NCBI GenBank assembly: GCA_947084985.1
Contig: CAMTUI010000011.1
Location: 10,355-74,354, forward strand
DNA length: 64,000 nt
Source: Methanobacteriota archaeon
GTDB lineage: Archaea; Thermoplasmatota; Thermoplasmata; RBG-16-68-12
Reading direction: 5' to 3'
A model generated the notes under the pieces. That model worked only from the letters and a program-made list of their open reading frames with translations, did not search any database and was not told the DNA's origin. Made by a program: the position numbers and the translations under genes. Positions 50,706-58,408 of the stretch are shown here, in pieces. Numbering within the stretch: position 1 is the first letter of the stretch; each line of letters starts with the position of its first letter.

Positions 50706-51149
50706 CTAGCCCTCCGCCTTCGTCGGTCGGGACCGGCGGGCCGCGAGGGACCGGAACGCGCTTGCGATCGCGCGGACACCCTCGGCGACGCGGCTGTGTC
50801 CCTTCGTTCGCGCCTTCGTCGACTCCTTGGCTACCTCCGCGAGGAACGCGGCGACGTCCGCCTGCGGGCCGTACTCCCACCGCACGTAGCGGGCGAGTTC
50901 GGCGTGCTGTCGGGCGATCCCGTTCGTCCGCGGGACGACCATCGGGTACGGACCTAGCATGTGGTTTTCCTCCGTTGCGCATCCTTGTCGGATTGCATGG
51001 AGGGTCGAAGGAGTCGGGGGACCATCCGCCTGGCGAAGTAGGTACATAGTAAGTCCATTCGAAGCGCCGAAAAAGGGCTCGAGGCGACCTTCGACCGCGA
51101 CCTCGTCCGTGAAGGATCGTGTGCGCATGCCGCGGGCCGCGATGATCAA
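50706..51149 (-). CDS. Hypothetical protein (up to 147 aa; start uncertain)
   Basis: This is the only non-R/P-rich frame in the region (..HMLGPYPMVVPRTNGIARQHAELARYVRWEYGPQADVAAFLAEVAKEST..). Candidate starts are TTG 51149, ATG 51128 and ATG 51047. Confidence 0.5.
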   Translation of the reverse strand: MIIAARGMRTRSFTDEVAVEGRLEPFFGASNGLTMYLLRQADGPPTPSTLHAIRQGCATEENHMLGPYPMVVPRTNGIARQHAELARYVRWEYGPQADVAAFLAEVAKESTKARTKGHSRVAEGVRAIASAFRSLAARRSRPTKAEG

Positions 51150-51183
51150 ATGGTCGAAGCCCGGTTCGAATGGCCCCGCGGCG

Positions 51184-51214
51184 CGAGGGCCAAATCACCG
51201 CCGTACGCTCCCTT
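51184..51214. repeat. 31-nt direct repeat, copy A (cgagggccaaatcaccgccgtacgctccctt)
   Basis: It is 27/31 identical to 52502-52532. Confidence 0.85.
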
Positions 51215-51280
51215 ACGACCGGATTACGTCGTTCGTTCCTCGCGAAGCCCGTCCGTGGAGGCGGGCACCTTTCCCTTTTC

Positions 51281-51757
51281 TCATGACGGCGTAACTCGCG
51301 TTTTCGGGAAGAACTTCCTGTAGGGGAGGAGCAGTCCAATCAGGGAGAGCACGAGAAAAAGCGAAGAATTGGCAGCCCAGTAAGCGTCGCTACTGTAATT
51401 GGCGAAAATGGACACGAACAAGATCGGATAATACCAGAGAGTGTACCACGCCCACCTCTCCCCTTTTCTATAGCTGTTCAATGTGATCGCTAAACCAAAC
51501 ACGGTTAGACCGATAAGAGCCAGCCCGAAGAATCGTGCCCTAAGTTCCTCTGCAAGTGTTGAAAACGGTCCGAGAGCACTTCCCGGCGAGGCGGAGAAGC
51601 TTATGCCGAGTAGCAAGTAAAGTAGTCCTCCGGGAAGCAGAAATGCCCAAGCATACTTCTCGTACGCCTTTCCGGCGTTAGGCGAAGACACGATAGAATC
51701 CCCTCCTTGCGTCCGCATTCGAGAGAGAATAGCTGATGCAGCTAATGTAGCTATCAT
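51281..51757 (-). CDS. Hypothetical membrane protein (158 aa, 4 TM) in a low-GC patch
   Basis: TM segments include YAWAFLLPGGLLYLLLGISF, FFGLALIGLTVFGLAITL, WYTLWYYPILFVSIF and SLFLVLSLIGLLL. A hand count of 51361-51480 gives 49% GC, versus 60% for 51001-51120. Confidence 0.7.
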   Translation of the reverse strand: MIATLAASAILSRMRTQGGDSIVSSPNAGKAYEKYAWAFLLPGGLLYLLLGISFSASPGSALGPFSTLAEELRARFFGLALIGLTVFGLAITLNSYRKGERWAWYTLWYYPILFVSIFANYSSDAYWAANSSLFLVLSLIGLLLPYRKFFPKTRVTPS

Positions 51758-51796
51758 CGCCCGACCACGCCGCCTCAGGAACGGCTGGGGCGTGCC

Positions 51797-52177
51797 TCAC
51801 GGATGCCGCCGTCTCAACTCCTTAAGGATCCGCTCGTCGTAGGCCAAGGCCTCTGCGCCGAGGGCCAGGCAGGTCTGGACGACGAAGGAATCCACAAGGC
51901 TCAGTCTCCCTCTGGCAGCTCGGTAAATCGCCCGGACCGCCGCCACCTCCACCTTCTCAGCGATCCCGACATGCGGAAGTCCTACGAGAAAGTCAAGAGC
52001 GCTTCGTCCCGCGCCGAATCCGAACCGATAGGTCAGGAGGTCGATGGTCTCGACGAGGACCTCGGTCGGCACCACGATGGGGTCCGGATCACCTACGTCG
52101 TGCACCGCCCTCCCATGAAACCGATCCGCCTCGGAGAAGAGGGCATAGAGGGCACTCGTATCTGCGACCCGGGTCAC
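51797..52177 (-). CDS. vapC: PIN-domain toxin VapC
   Basis: VADTSALYALF..D, VVPTEVLVE and LSLVDSFVV supply the PIN acidic residues. The ATGA overlap with the upstream antitoxin is present. Confidence 0.85.
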   Translation of the reverse strand: MTRVADTSALYALFSEADRFHGRAVHDVGDPDPIVVPTEVLVETIDLLTYRFGFGAGRSALDFLVGLPHVGIAEKVEVAAVRAIYRAARGRLSLVDSFVVQTCLALGAEALAYDERILKELRRRHP

Positions 52178-52434
52178 GCCTTTTTCTCCTTCGACAAACG
52201 GAGCCGAGCCCGCGCCAAGAGGTCGTCATGCCGAAGCGAGTCATCGGGCCCCCCGCCCCTAAAGATCGGGAGACCGGAAAGGTCAACCCGCTCCGACTTC
52301 TTCGTCAATCGGACCACGGCTTCGGCACCGGGCGAGAATCCGGCCTTCTTGAGTTCGGCCCGCCGAAGACGGATTCCGTAGGAGTTGCCCCACTTGAGGA
52401 TTCGTCCGCTTACGACAACCTCCTTCGATGGCAT
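52174..52434 (-). CDS. vapB: AbrB/SpoVT-type antitoxin VapB
   Basis: RILKWGNSYGIRLRRAELKKAGFSPG is a SpoVT-AbrB swapped-hairpin motif. The start is taken at MPSKEVV. Confidence 0.8.
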   Translation of the reverse strand: MPSKEVVVSGRILKWGNSYGIRLRRAELKKAGFSPGAEAVVRLTKKSERVDLSGLPIFRGGGPDDSLRHDDLLARARLRLSKEKKA

Positions 52435-52449
52435 GTATAATGATACCGT

Positions 52450-52459
52450 TATACGTATA
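52450..52459. promoter_or_regulatory. Perfect palindrome TATACGTATA in the vapBC promoter region
   Basis: It lies 16-25 nt upstream of the vapB ATG (52434) in an AT-rich stretch. It is a plausible TATA box and/or VapB operator. Confidence 0.4.
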
Positions 52460-52501
52460 TTTATCCTTGACGCCATTCCCGTCGAGTGAGTGCCTTTTAG
52501 A

Positions 52502-52532
52502 CGAGGGCCAGGTGACCGCCGTACGCCCCCTT
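52502..52532. repeat. 31-nt direct repeat, copy B (cgagggccaggtgaccgccgtacgccccctt)
   Basis: It is 27/31 identical to 51184-51214. Confidence 0.85.
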
Positions 52533-53020
52533 CTGTTCTGACGGCATTGGACTGAGCGTCCTACCTGGCGCAGAGCGCCTGCTTGGACTTGCTCCGGTGG
52601 GGTGTCGCCGTCTCACCAACTCCCGCGTCAACGTCACCGCCGGGCGGATCATCCTCGACGCGAGCTGTGTCGTTTCTGCGCCCTTGCCGACCCTCTCGGG
52701 TCCCCCGCTTGCACGGGGCCACCTTCTCTATGGAGGGGGGACGTTCCTCAGCAATCCCGAGGGATCACCGTCGGCCGTCCGCGGTCTCCTGACCGAGCGC
52801 CTATCGGACCCTCCTGTATTTGGAGTTTGCCTACACCGTCGCCGATCGCGTCGCCGCGCTTTCTACCGTCTCGTGTCAAAGGCCGACGGCGATTCCCGAC
52901 GGATGCGCCGTTCCGGACGACATCTGGGACTCCTCATCCTCGGGGGAGCACTGATCGAAGCCGCGTGTTCCTCAGCGACCTGCTCCTCTGAGGCGGCGGG
53001 GCGGCGTCTTGAGGCTCAAC

Positions 53021-53028
53021 TGATATAG
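53021..53028 (+). promoter_or_regulatory. TATA box (tgatatag) for MFS transporter gene
   Basis: It is centred ~28 nt upstream of the GTG at 53053. Confidence 0.45.
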
Positions 53029-53052
53029 CCCTGGGAGGCATCGGCCGCTGCC

Positions 53053-54255
53053 GTGGCAGATCGCCGCGTGCTCTTCGTGAACTCGATCTATCACCTCACG
53101 AACGACGGCGCCGTCACGGTCATCGCGGGACAAATCACGGTCCTTCAATCCGTGTTCGCGTTCGGACCGTTCGAGACGGGCTTGCTGAGCGGCGCCGCGC
53201 TCTTGATCACCGCGATCTTCCAGTTGCTCTTCGGCGCGATGTCGGATCGACGGGATCCTTCTCGGTTCCTGCCGATCGGCATCCTGATCCTCGGGGTCGG
53301 CACCCTGCTCGTCGCCTCGGCCACATCGTTCCTCGTGCTCCTGGTGATCGTCGCTCTCTCGCGGATCGGGGCGAGCTTCTACCATCCCGTCGGGATCGCC
53401 TGGATCGGCCGAGAGTTCGCAGGCGAGAACCTCGATCGCTCGATGGGGTTCCAGTCCGCATTCGGCGACACGGGCGTGATCTTGGGGATGGCCACCAGCG
53501 CGCTGATCGCAGTCGCGTGGGGGTGGCAGTCGCCGTTCCTCCTGTGGGGTGGCATCAACCTCGCAGCGGTTGCGATTGGGCTCTGGCTCGTGCGGCATCA
53601 CCGTTCTGCTCCGAGAGGAGCCCTGGAACCGCGCGACTACCGCTCTCTCGCGCGCGACGTCCGGCTGTGGCTCTTCCCGCTCGGCCTCGGCGGAGCCGCG
53701 TTCTCGATCTTCACGACGTTCGGACCGCCCCTCCTCAAGAACAAGTTCGGCCTCGAGGACGCGGCCGCGGGCGTCTCAATCGCCGTGTGGATTCTCGCGG
53801 GCGCCCTCGTCGCGTTCTTCTTCGGTCGCGTGAGCAGGCGATTCGGACGGTTCCGAACGCTCGCGGCATCGTACGCGTTCATCGGGACCGCATGCCTCCT
53901 CGGGGCCGCCGCCAGCGAGGTGCCGATCGTCTTGGCCCTTTTCTGGACCCTCGGATCTGCCGTGTTCGTGACGTATCCCGCCCTATTCTCCTTCGTTTCC
54001 GAGGCGAGCCATGAACGCCTCCAAGGCACCGCGTTCGGCGTGATCTTCGCGTTCCAGCTCCTCGGCGGATCGATCGGTTCCTTCGCAGCCGGTAGCCTCG
54101 CGGCAGGCCTCCGCACGACTGCGGATCTCGAGTGGACAGCGCCCTTCTACCTGCTTGGATTCCTCGCGGTCGCCGGATTCGCATACCTGGTTGCCATTCG
54201 GCGCAAGGTGGCGAACGCTCCGCGGGGGACGCGAGCGATGGGGCCCTCCGTCTGA
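53053..54255 (+). CDS. MFS transporter
   Basis: 400 aa with ~12 hydrophobic segments. An MFS-like loop GAMSDRRDPSRFL follows TM2. Confidence 0.75.
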   Translation: MADRRVLFVNSIYHLTNDGAVTVIAGQITVLQSVFAFGPFETGLLSGAALLITAIFQLLFGAMSDRRDPSRFLPIGILILGVGTLLVASATSFLVLLVIVALSRIGASFYHPVGIAWIGREFAGENLDRSMGFQSAFGDTGVILGMATSALIAVAWGWQSPFLLWGGINLAAVAIGLWLVRHHRSAPRGALEPRDYRSLARDVRLWLFPLGLGGAAFSIFTTFGPPLLKNKFGLEDAAAGVSIAVWILAGALVAFFFGRVSRRFGRFRTLAASYAFIGTACLLGAAASEVPIVLALFWTLGSAVFVTYPALFSFVSEASHERLQGTAFGVIFAFQLLGGSIGSFAAGSLAAGLRTTADLEWTAPFYLLGFLAVAGFAYLVAIRRKVANAPRGTRAMGPSV

Positions 54256-54261
54256 AACCCA

Positions 54262-54711
54262 TCAGAGGATCGGCTTCGGTTTCGCGCGAATCCGGGCAAT
54301 GATTCCGATCAGGACGCCGAGGACCGCCGGCAGCACGCTCGTCAAGAGCGAGAACTCTTCCCGCCGCAGGTTCACGAGGAGAAAAATGAGCAAGGTGAAG
54401 AACCCCGCGCCCGAGCCGACGAGGATCAGGATGCGGCCGAGCCGTACCCGGTCCTTCCAGATCAGAACGGCTCCGAACAGCACGGCGAACCCGCCCAGGG
54501 ACGCGATGCCCACGAAGATGTACGCCAGGACGAGCAGGGAAGGCCCTGAGCCGAACGCATCCTCGAGCAGCTCGAAGAAGCGGTTCACGGGGCGGGCGCC
54601 CGTGTAGCCGCTGACGATCAGAAGGATCCCGGATACCGCGGCCAGGAGGGCCGCCTCGTCGTTGCGGCGCACGCGGTCAGCGGCCCCCGATGATCCGCTG
54701 GACGGCGGCAA
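54262..54711 (-). CDS. Hypothetical membrane protein (149 aa, 4 TM)
   Basis: It has hydrophobic segments, a normal composition and no family assignment. The annotated start overlaps the tyrS 3' end by 35 nt, so the start is uncertain. Confidence 0.55.
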   Translation of the reverse strand: MPPSSGSSGAADRVRRNDEAALLAAVSGILLIVSGYTGARPVNRFFELLEDAFGSGPSLLVLAYIFVGIASLGGFAVLFGAVLIWKDRVRLGRILILVGSGAGFFTLLIFLLVNLRREEFSLLTSVLPAVLGVLIGIIARIRAKPKPIL

Positions 54712-55726
54712 GATTCTCTGGATGGGCCTCGAAGTATCGCTGCACGGGGGCGAGCTCCTCGTTCAGGCCCGCCGCCACGCCTGCCTTGAGGTCCTTCGGA
54801 TGGAGCTCGCCGGAGGCGTACGCCCGAGTGAGGTCCGAATATGCTTCGTACACGACGTCGCCGCCAAATTTCGCGTCGCGCGGGATCCGGAGCGAACCGC
54901 GACGCGGGAAGAGGATCAGGCGGGCCGTCTCGAGGATCGGGTTGTCCTTCGTCTCCTTCGGAGGACAGAACGCCTTCCCGATCTTCCGTTCGACCTCCGC
55001 CGGTGGATCGTTGATCAGGAGGCTGGAGTCGGGACGGGACTTCGACATCTTCCCCGCGATCGGGTCCATCCGGCCGCCGCCCTGGAGGCCGGGCAGCAGG
55101 GGGGTGTGGAGCGCGACGACCTGCTTCCATCCCAGTTTCGGCGCGACATCCCGGTAGAGCATGTGCGCGTGCCTCTGGTCCATCCCGCCCAAGGCGAGAT
55201 CCAAGTCCATCCAAGAGATGTCCGCGACCTGCATCGCCGGATAGATAAGCTTGGACGCATCGAGGTCCGCCTCCTCCTCCTTGCGGCCCATGATCGTGAG
55301 CGCGCGCCGGATCCGGGCGACCGTCGAGGCCTTCGAGACCTGGACGACCTTCTGCCAGTATTCCGGATGGCGGACGAACTCGTTCGCGTACAGGTATTCG
55401 ATCTCGTCCGGGACGCCCAGGGCCCGGAAGCCGTCTCGGAAGTACTCCGCGCACACGCGGATGTTCTCCAGGCTCCCGCCGAGCTTGTCGTTGATGTACG
55501 CGTGCCAGTCCGCGAGGAAGATGATCGTGTGGAAGCCCGCGCGCACGAGGTCCGTGACCTTCGAGGCGATCACGAAGCCCGTGCCGATGTGCATGAACCC
55601 GGAGGGCTCCAGGCCGACGTATGCGCGGGGCGTGCCCCCCTTCGCCAGGAGCGCTCTGAGCTCGTCTCGGGTGACGGCCTCCTCGGCGCCGCGGAGCACG
55701 AGGTCCATCCGCTCGTCGGCGCGCAT
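54677..55726 (-). CDS. tyrS: Tyrosyl-tRNA synthetase, archaeal type
   Basis: The HIGH-like GLEPSGFMHIGTG and KMSKS are present. The start is at MRADERMDLV; the remaining 139 N-terminal codons of the track ORF are R/G-rich and rejected. Confidence 0.92.
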   Translation of the reverse strand: MRADERMDLVLRGAEEAVTRDELRALLAKGGTPRAYVGLEPSGFMHIGTGFVIASKVTDLVRAGFHTIIFLADWHAYINDKLGGSLENIRVCAEYFRDGFRALGVPDEIEYLYANEFVRHPEYWQKVVQVSKASTVARIRRALTIMGRKEEEADLDASKLIYPAMQVADISWMDLDLALGGMDQRHAHMLYRDVAPKLGWKQVVALHTPLLPGLQGGGRMDPIAGKMSKSRPDSSLLINDPPAEVERKIGKAFCPPKETKDNPILETARLILFPRRGSLRIPRDAKFGGDVVYEAYSDLTRAYASGELHPKDLKAGVAAGLNEELAPVQRYFEAHPENLAAVQRIIGGR

Positions 55727-55761
55727 CGGGCCACCGAACCGGGGCGGCGGGGATAAACCTT

Positions 55762-56148
55762 TCAGCCCTTCTTCTTCGCCTTCTCCTTCATCTTGCGCGC
55801 GGTTTCTTCCGTGGCCTCGGCGGCCTTCGCGAGGGCGGGCTTCGCGGCCTTGACCGCCTTGTCCGCGAGTTCCTTCGCGACACGTACCGTCGTGTCGGCC
55901 ACCGGCTTCACTCTTTTCGCGAAATCGTCGATTGCGGGGCGCACCGCCTTGGCGGCGGAATCGAGCGCCGGCTCGACGGCCTTCACGGTCTTGTCGACGA
56001 CGGACACGCCTGCGTCGATGGCCTTTTTCGTTGCACGGCCGAGATTCCGCGCGAGCCGATCGAGCTCGCCCGACATGAGCCGCGCGCCGCAGGACGGACA
56101 GGTCGACGCCTGCGCGGTGATCGCCGCGCCACATCTCGAGCAATTCAT
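55762..56148 (-). CDS. Zinc-ribbon protein with five tandem 11-residue amphipathic repeats
   Basis: The N-terminus has MNCSRCGAAI..CPSCG. Then come the repeats DKTVKAVEPAL, DSAAKAVRPAI, DDFAKRVKPVA, DTTVRVAKELA and DKAVKAAKPAL (nt 55834-55998), followed by a K-rich tail. The ATGA overlap with the trm5-like stop is present. Confidence 0.65.
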   Translation of the reverse strand: MNCSRCGAAITAQASTCPSCGARLMSGELDRLARNLGRATKKAIDAGVSVVDKTVKAVEPALDSAAKAVRPAIDDFAKRVKPVADTTVRVAKELADKAVKAAKPALAKAAEATEETARKMKEKAKKKG

Positions 56149-57242
56149 GGGCTTACCGCGCCTCCTGACGGTTTCTCCCTTGAAATGCCTTTCGGTCTTC
56201 GTGCGACCGACGCTTCCACGACGCCGTGCAAGATCCCTGGTGCGTACGATTTCACGCGGCGTGAGTGAATGCCACCGATTTCGAAGTCCAAGTGCGCGCC
56301 CGCCTCCCGAATCCGCTCGATCGCCTCCTTGGGGAATCGCTCCGCGGGGGCGACGCAGTGATAAACCACGGTACCTGCGTCCTTCATCGCTCGGAAGGCC
56401 ACGTCGAGGTAGTCCGTCGCGGAGAAGTGTCCCATCAGGACCCAGTCCGCGACCCCGGAGGGCGCCGTGTCCCGGCAGTCGCCCAGGAGGGGGACTACGT
56501 TTGCGGCCCGATTCAGCCGCACGTTCTCGAGCAGGTACCCGTATGCCACGGTGCTCACTTCGCAGGCGTACACGCGAGCGGGACACGAGCGGACGGCTAT
56601 CGGGATCGAGAAGTACCCGATTCCGGCGAACAGATCGACGACCACCTGGCCCGGTCGGATGCGCGCGGCGATCCCGACCCGCTCCGCAAGATTCCCCGAT
56701 GAGAACATGATGCGTGCGACGTCAAGTGCGTAGCGAATCCCTCCTTCCGTGTGGATCGTCTCCGTTCCGTTGCCCCATAGGATGCGAATTTCCGGTGTCC
56801 GAAGAGGGCCATGGACGCCGGAGACATCCTCTACGACGGCCTTCGCTCCCAGAACTTCTCCGATTAGCCGAGCGATATCGGATGCATGCGGCTGCGCATC
56901 CGACGGAAGGCGCAACACGACGATGTCTCCGATCCGCTCCCAACGGCCCGGAATGATGTCTTCCCGGAGGTTCGCGTCGCGGAATCTGCCTCGCAAGACG
57001 TCGTGCGGATTTTTCGCAGGCGATCGGACGACCAGCTCTTCGATCGTTTCAACGCGGGCGCCAAATAGTTCGAGAGAGAATTCCGGTTCACCAAGAAGAG
57101 GGATGAAAACCTCGTGCCCGCGCTTCGTGATCCTGACGGCTCGATCGACGAGGCCGAGCGACCACAGTTTTCGCAGGAGCGCGTCCGCCTGTATGGTCCG
57201 GACAACGGCGACGCGCATCCGTTCGAACATCGTTCGTCGCAT
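56145..57242 (-). CDS. Met-10+ family tRNA modification enzyme (Trm5 / Taw2-like)
   Basis: VVDLFAGIGYFSIPIAVRS and VYACEVSTVAYGYLLENVRLN are present. Confidence 0.8.
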   Translation of the reverse strand: MRRTMFERMRVAVVRTIQADALLRKLWSLGLVDRAVRITKRGHEVFIPLLGEPEFSLELFGARVETIEELVVRSPAKNPHDVLRGRFRDANLREDIIPGRWERIGDIVVLRLPSDAQPHASDIARLIGEVLGAKAVVEDVSGVHGPLRTPEIRILWGNGTETIHTEGGIRYALDVARIMFSSGNLAERVGIAARIRPGQVVVDLFAGIGYFSIPIAVRSCPARVYACEVSTVAYGYLLENVRLNRAANVVPLLGDCRDTAPSGVADWVLMGHFSATDYLDVAFRAMKDAGTVVYHCVAPAERFPKEAIERIREAGAHLDFEIGGIHSRRVKSYAPGILHGVVEASVARRPKGISREKPSGGAVSP

Positions 57243-57296
57243 CTTTCATCTTTACCGCGATATCTATATGAGAGCCTACTCGCTTCGCCGCGCATC

Positions 57297-58133
57297 ATGC
57301 GAGCGCCTGCCCTGGTCCTCGCCCTCCTCTTGGTCGGAATGGGAGTCGTTCCCCATGCATCCGCGGAGGATTTCGGGGCCGTGGGAAAGGTGACCTCGCT
57401 CATTGGGGTCCGAACGACACCCGAGCTGGCTCCCGGAGAGAGCGGTCGGTTCGAGTTCTGGTTCAACGTGACGTACGCGGAGGCCATCTCTGAAGTCACG
57501 CTCAACGTGAGCATATACCGCTACGCCACCATCGAGGAGAGTGTCCCGGTGGATGCCTCGTGGCCCTATGCCTATCCGTACATCGAAGAGAGCCGCAATC
57601 GGGAGCATCGATGGACGTGGCCGCAGGTCGATCCGGATACGAGGCTCATCCTGAACTTCACGGTCGTCACCGCGGCGGACAGCCACCAGATGCCTCACGG
57701 GTCCGTCTTCTCCCAGAGTTCGTACTTCATCAGGTTCTACCTCACGTTTACCGGAAATCTCAGCGGAACGCCCGAGCAATTCGTAATGGCTTCGCGGGGT
57801 TACTTCCCGCGGTCGGTCTGGGAGGACGCAACCAGCAAGGCGCGCACGGACCCCTGCAATCCGCCGTCGTGCCGCGGAAATGTCAACTTGACCGTGCTCG
57901 GCGTCGATGGGATCCTGCCCGACTCCGCGTTCGGCGTGAAGGAGCCGATTCCTCGCTGGCCGTTCTACCTGCTCATCGCCCTCGCGGTGGTCTTCCTCGT
58001 CGTCGCGTTCCTGTTCTGGGTCGAGGAGAACCCCGGCTCATATCCGCGGGTCGAGGCCTGGTGGGCCCGCAGCCGTGGTCGGCTCGCGCGGACGTTCGCC
58101 CCCATGCGGCGCAAGAAGCCGCCGAAGACCTGA
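57297..58133 (+). CDS. Secreted/surface protein with signal peptide and C-terminal TM anchor
   Basis: The N-terminus is MRAPALVLALLLVGMGVVPHASA. The C-terminus has WPFYLLIALAVVFLVVAFLFWV plus a basic tail. Confidence 0.65.
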   Translation: MRAPALVLALLLVGMGVVPHASAEDFGAVGKVTSLIGVRTTPELAPGESGRFEFWFNVTYAEAISEVTLNVSIYRYATIEESVPVDASWPYAYPYIEESRNREHRWTWPQVDPDTRLILNFTVVTAADSHQMPHGSVFSQSSYFIRFYLTFTGNLSGTPEQFVMASRGYFPRSVWEDATSKARTDPCNPPSCRGNVNLTVLGVDGILPDSAFGVKEPIPRWPFYLLIALAVVFLVVAFLFWVEENPGSYPRVEAWWARSRGRLARTFAPMRRKKPPKT

Positions 58134-58136
58134 CGC

Positions 58137-58149
58137 AAAAGGTTTTTAC
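58137..58149 (+). promoter_or_regulatory. BRE/TATA-like box (aaaaggtttttac)
   Basis: It is centred ~26 nt upstream of the GTG at 58171. Confidence 0.45.
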
Positions 58150-58170
58150 CCGCACCCGCTTGCGCAGGGC

Positions 58171-58371
58171 GTGGCCGAGGTCGCCTTCCCGAAGAAGATC
58201 GCCTTCTGGTTTTACTCGCTCGTCTTCCTCGCAGGCATCCTGTTCTACCTGATCTGGGGTTTCACGTACGGCTCGTGGAACCTACTCCGCCCCGAGTGGG
58301 TCGGCGCGTACGCAGTCACGATCGTCCTCGTTGGGTTCGGCATCGTCGGGATGCTGCTCTACAAGGACTAG
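58171..58371 (+). CDS. Small membrane protein (66 aa, 2 TM)
   Basis: IAFWFYSLVFLAGILFYLIWGF and VGAYAVTIVLVGFGIVGMLLY are present. The GTG start has an upstream TATA-like box. Confidence 0.55.
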   Translation: MAEVAFPKKIAFWFYSLVFLAGILFYLIWGFTYGSWNLLRPEWVGAYAVTIVLVGFGIVGMLLYKD

Positions 58372-58408
58372 ACACTGTTCACTCCAAGAACGCAGCCGCC
58401 ATGTCGCG

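Noticed and set aside
51163-51171. ggttcgaat (T-loop-like) 13 nt upstream of repeat copy A, hinting at integration into a tRNA 3' end.
   Set aside because: The flanking bases (agcccg / ggcccc) do not pair as a T-stem, and no tRNA cloverleaf can be drawn.
52597-53028. 143-aa plus-strand ORF in the long spacer upstream of the MFS gene.
   Set aside because: It has an R/S/G/L-rich composition, overlapping equally long ORFs in other frames, no SD or TATA at the right distance, and no recognisable motif.
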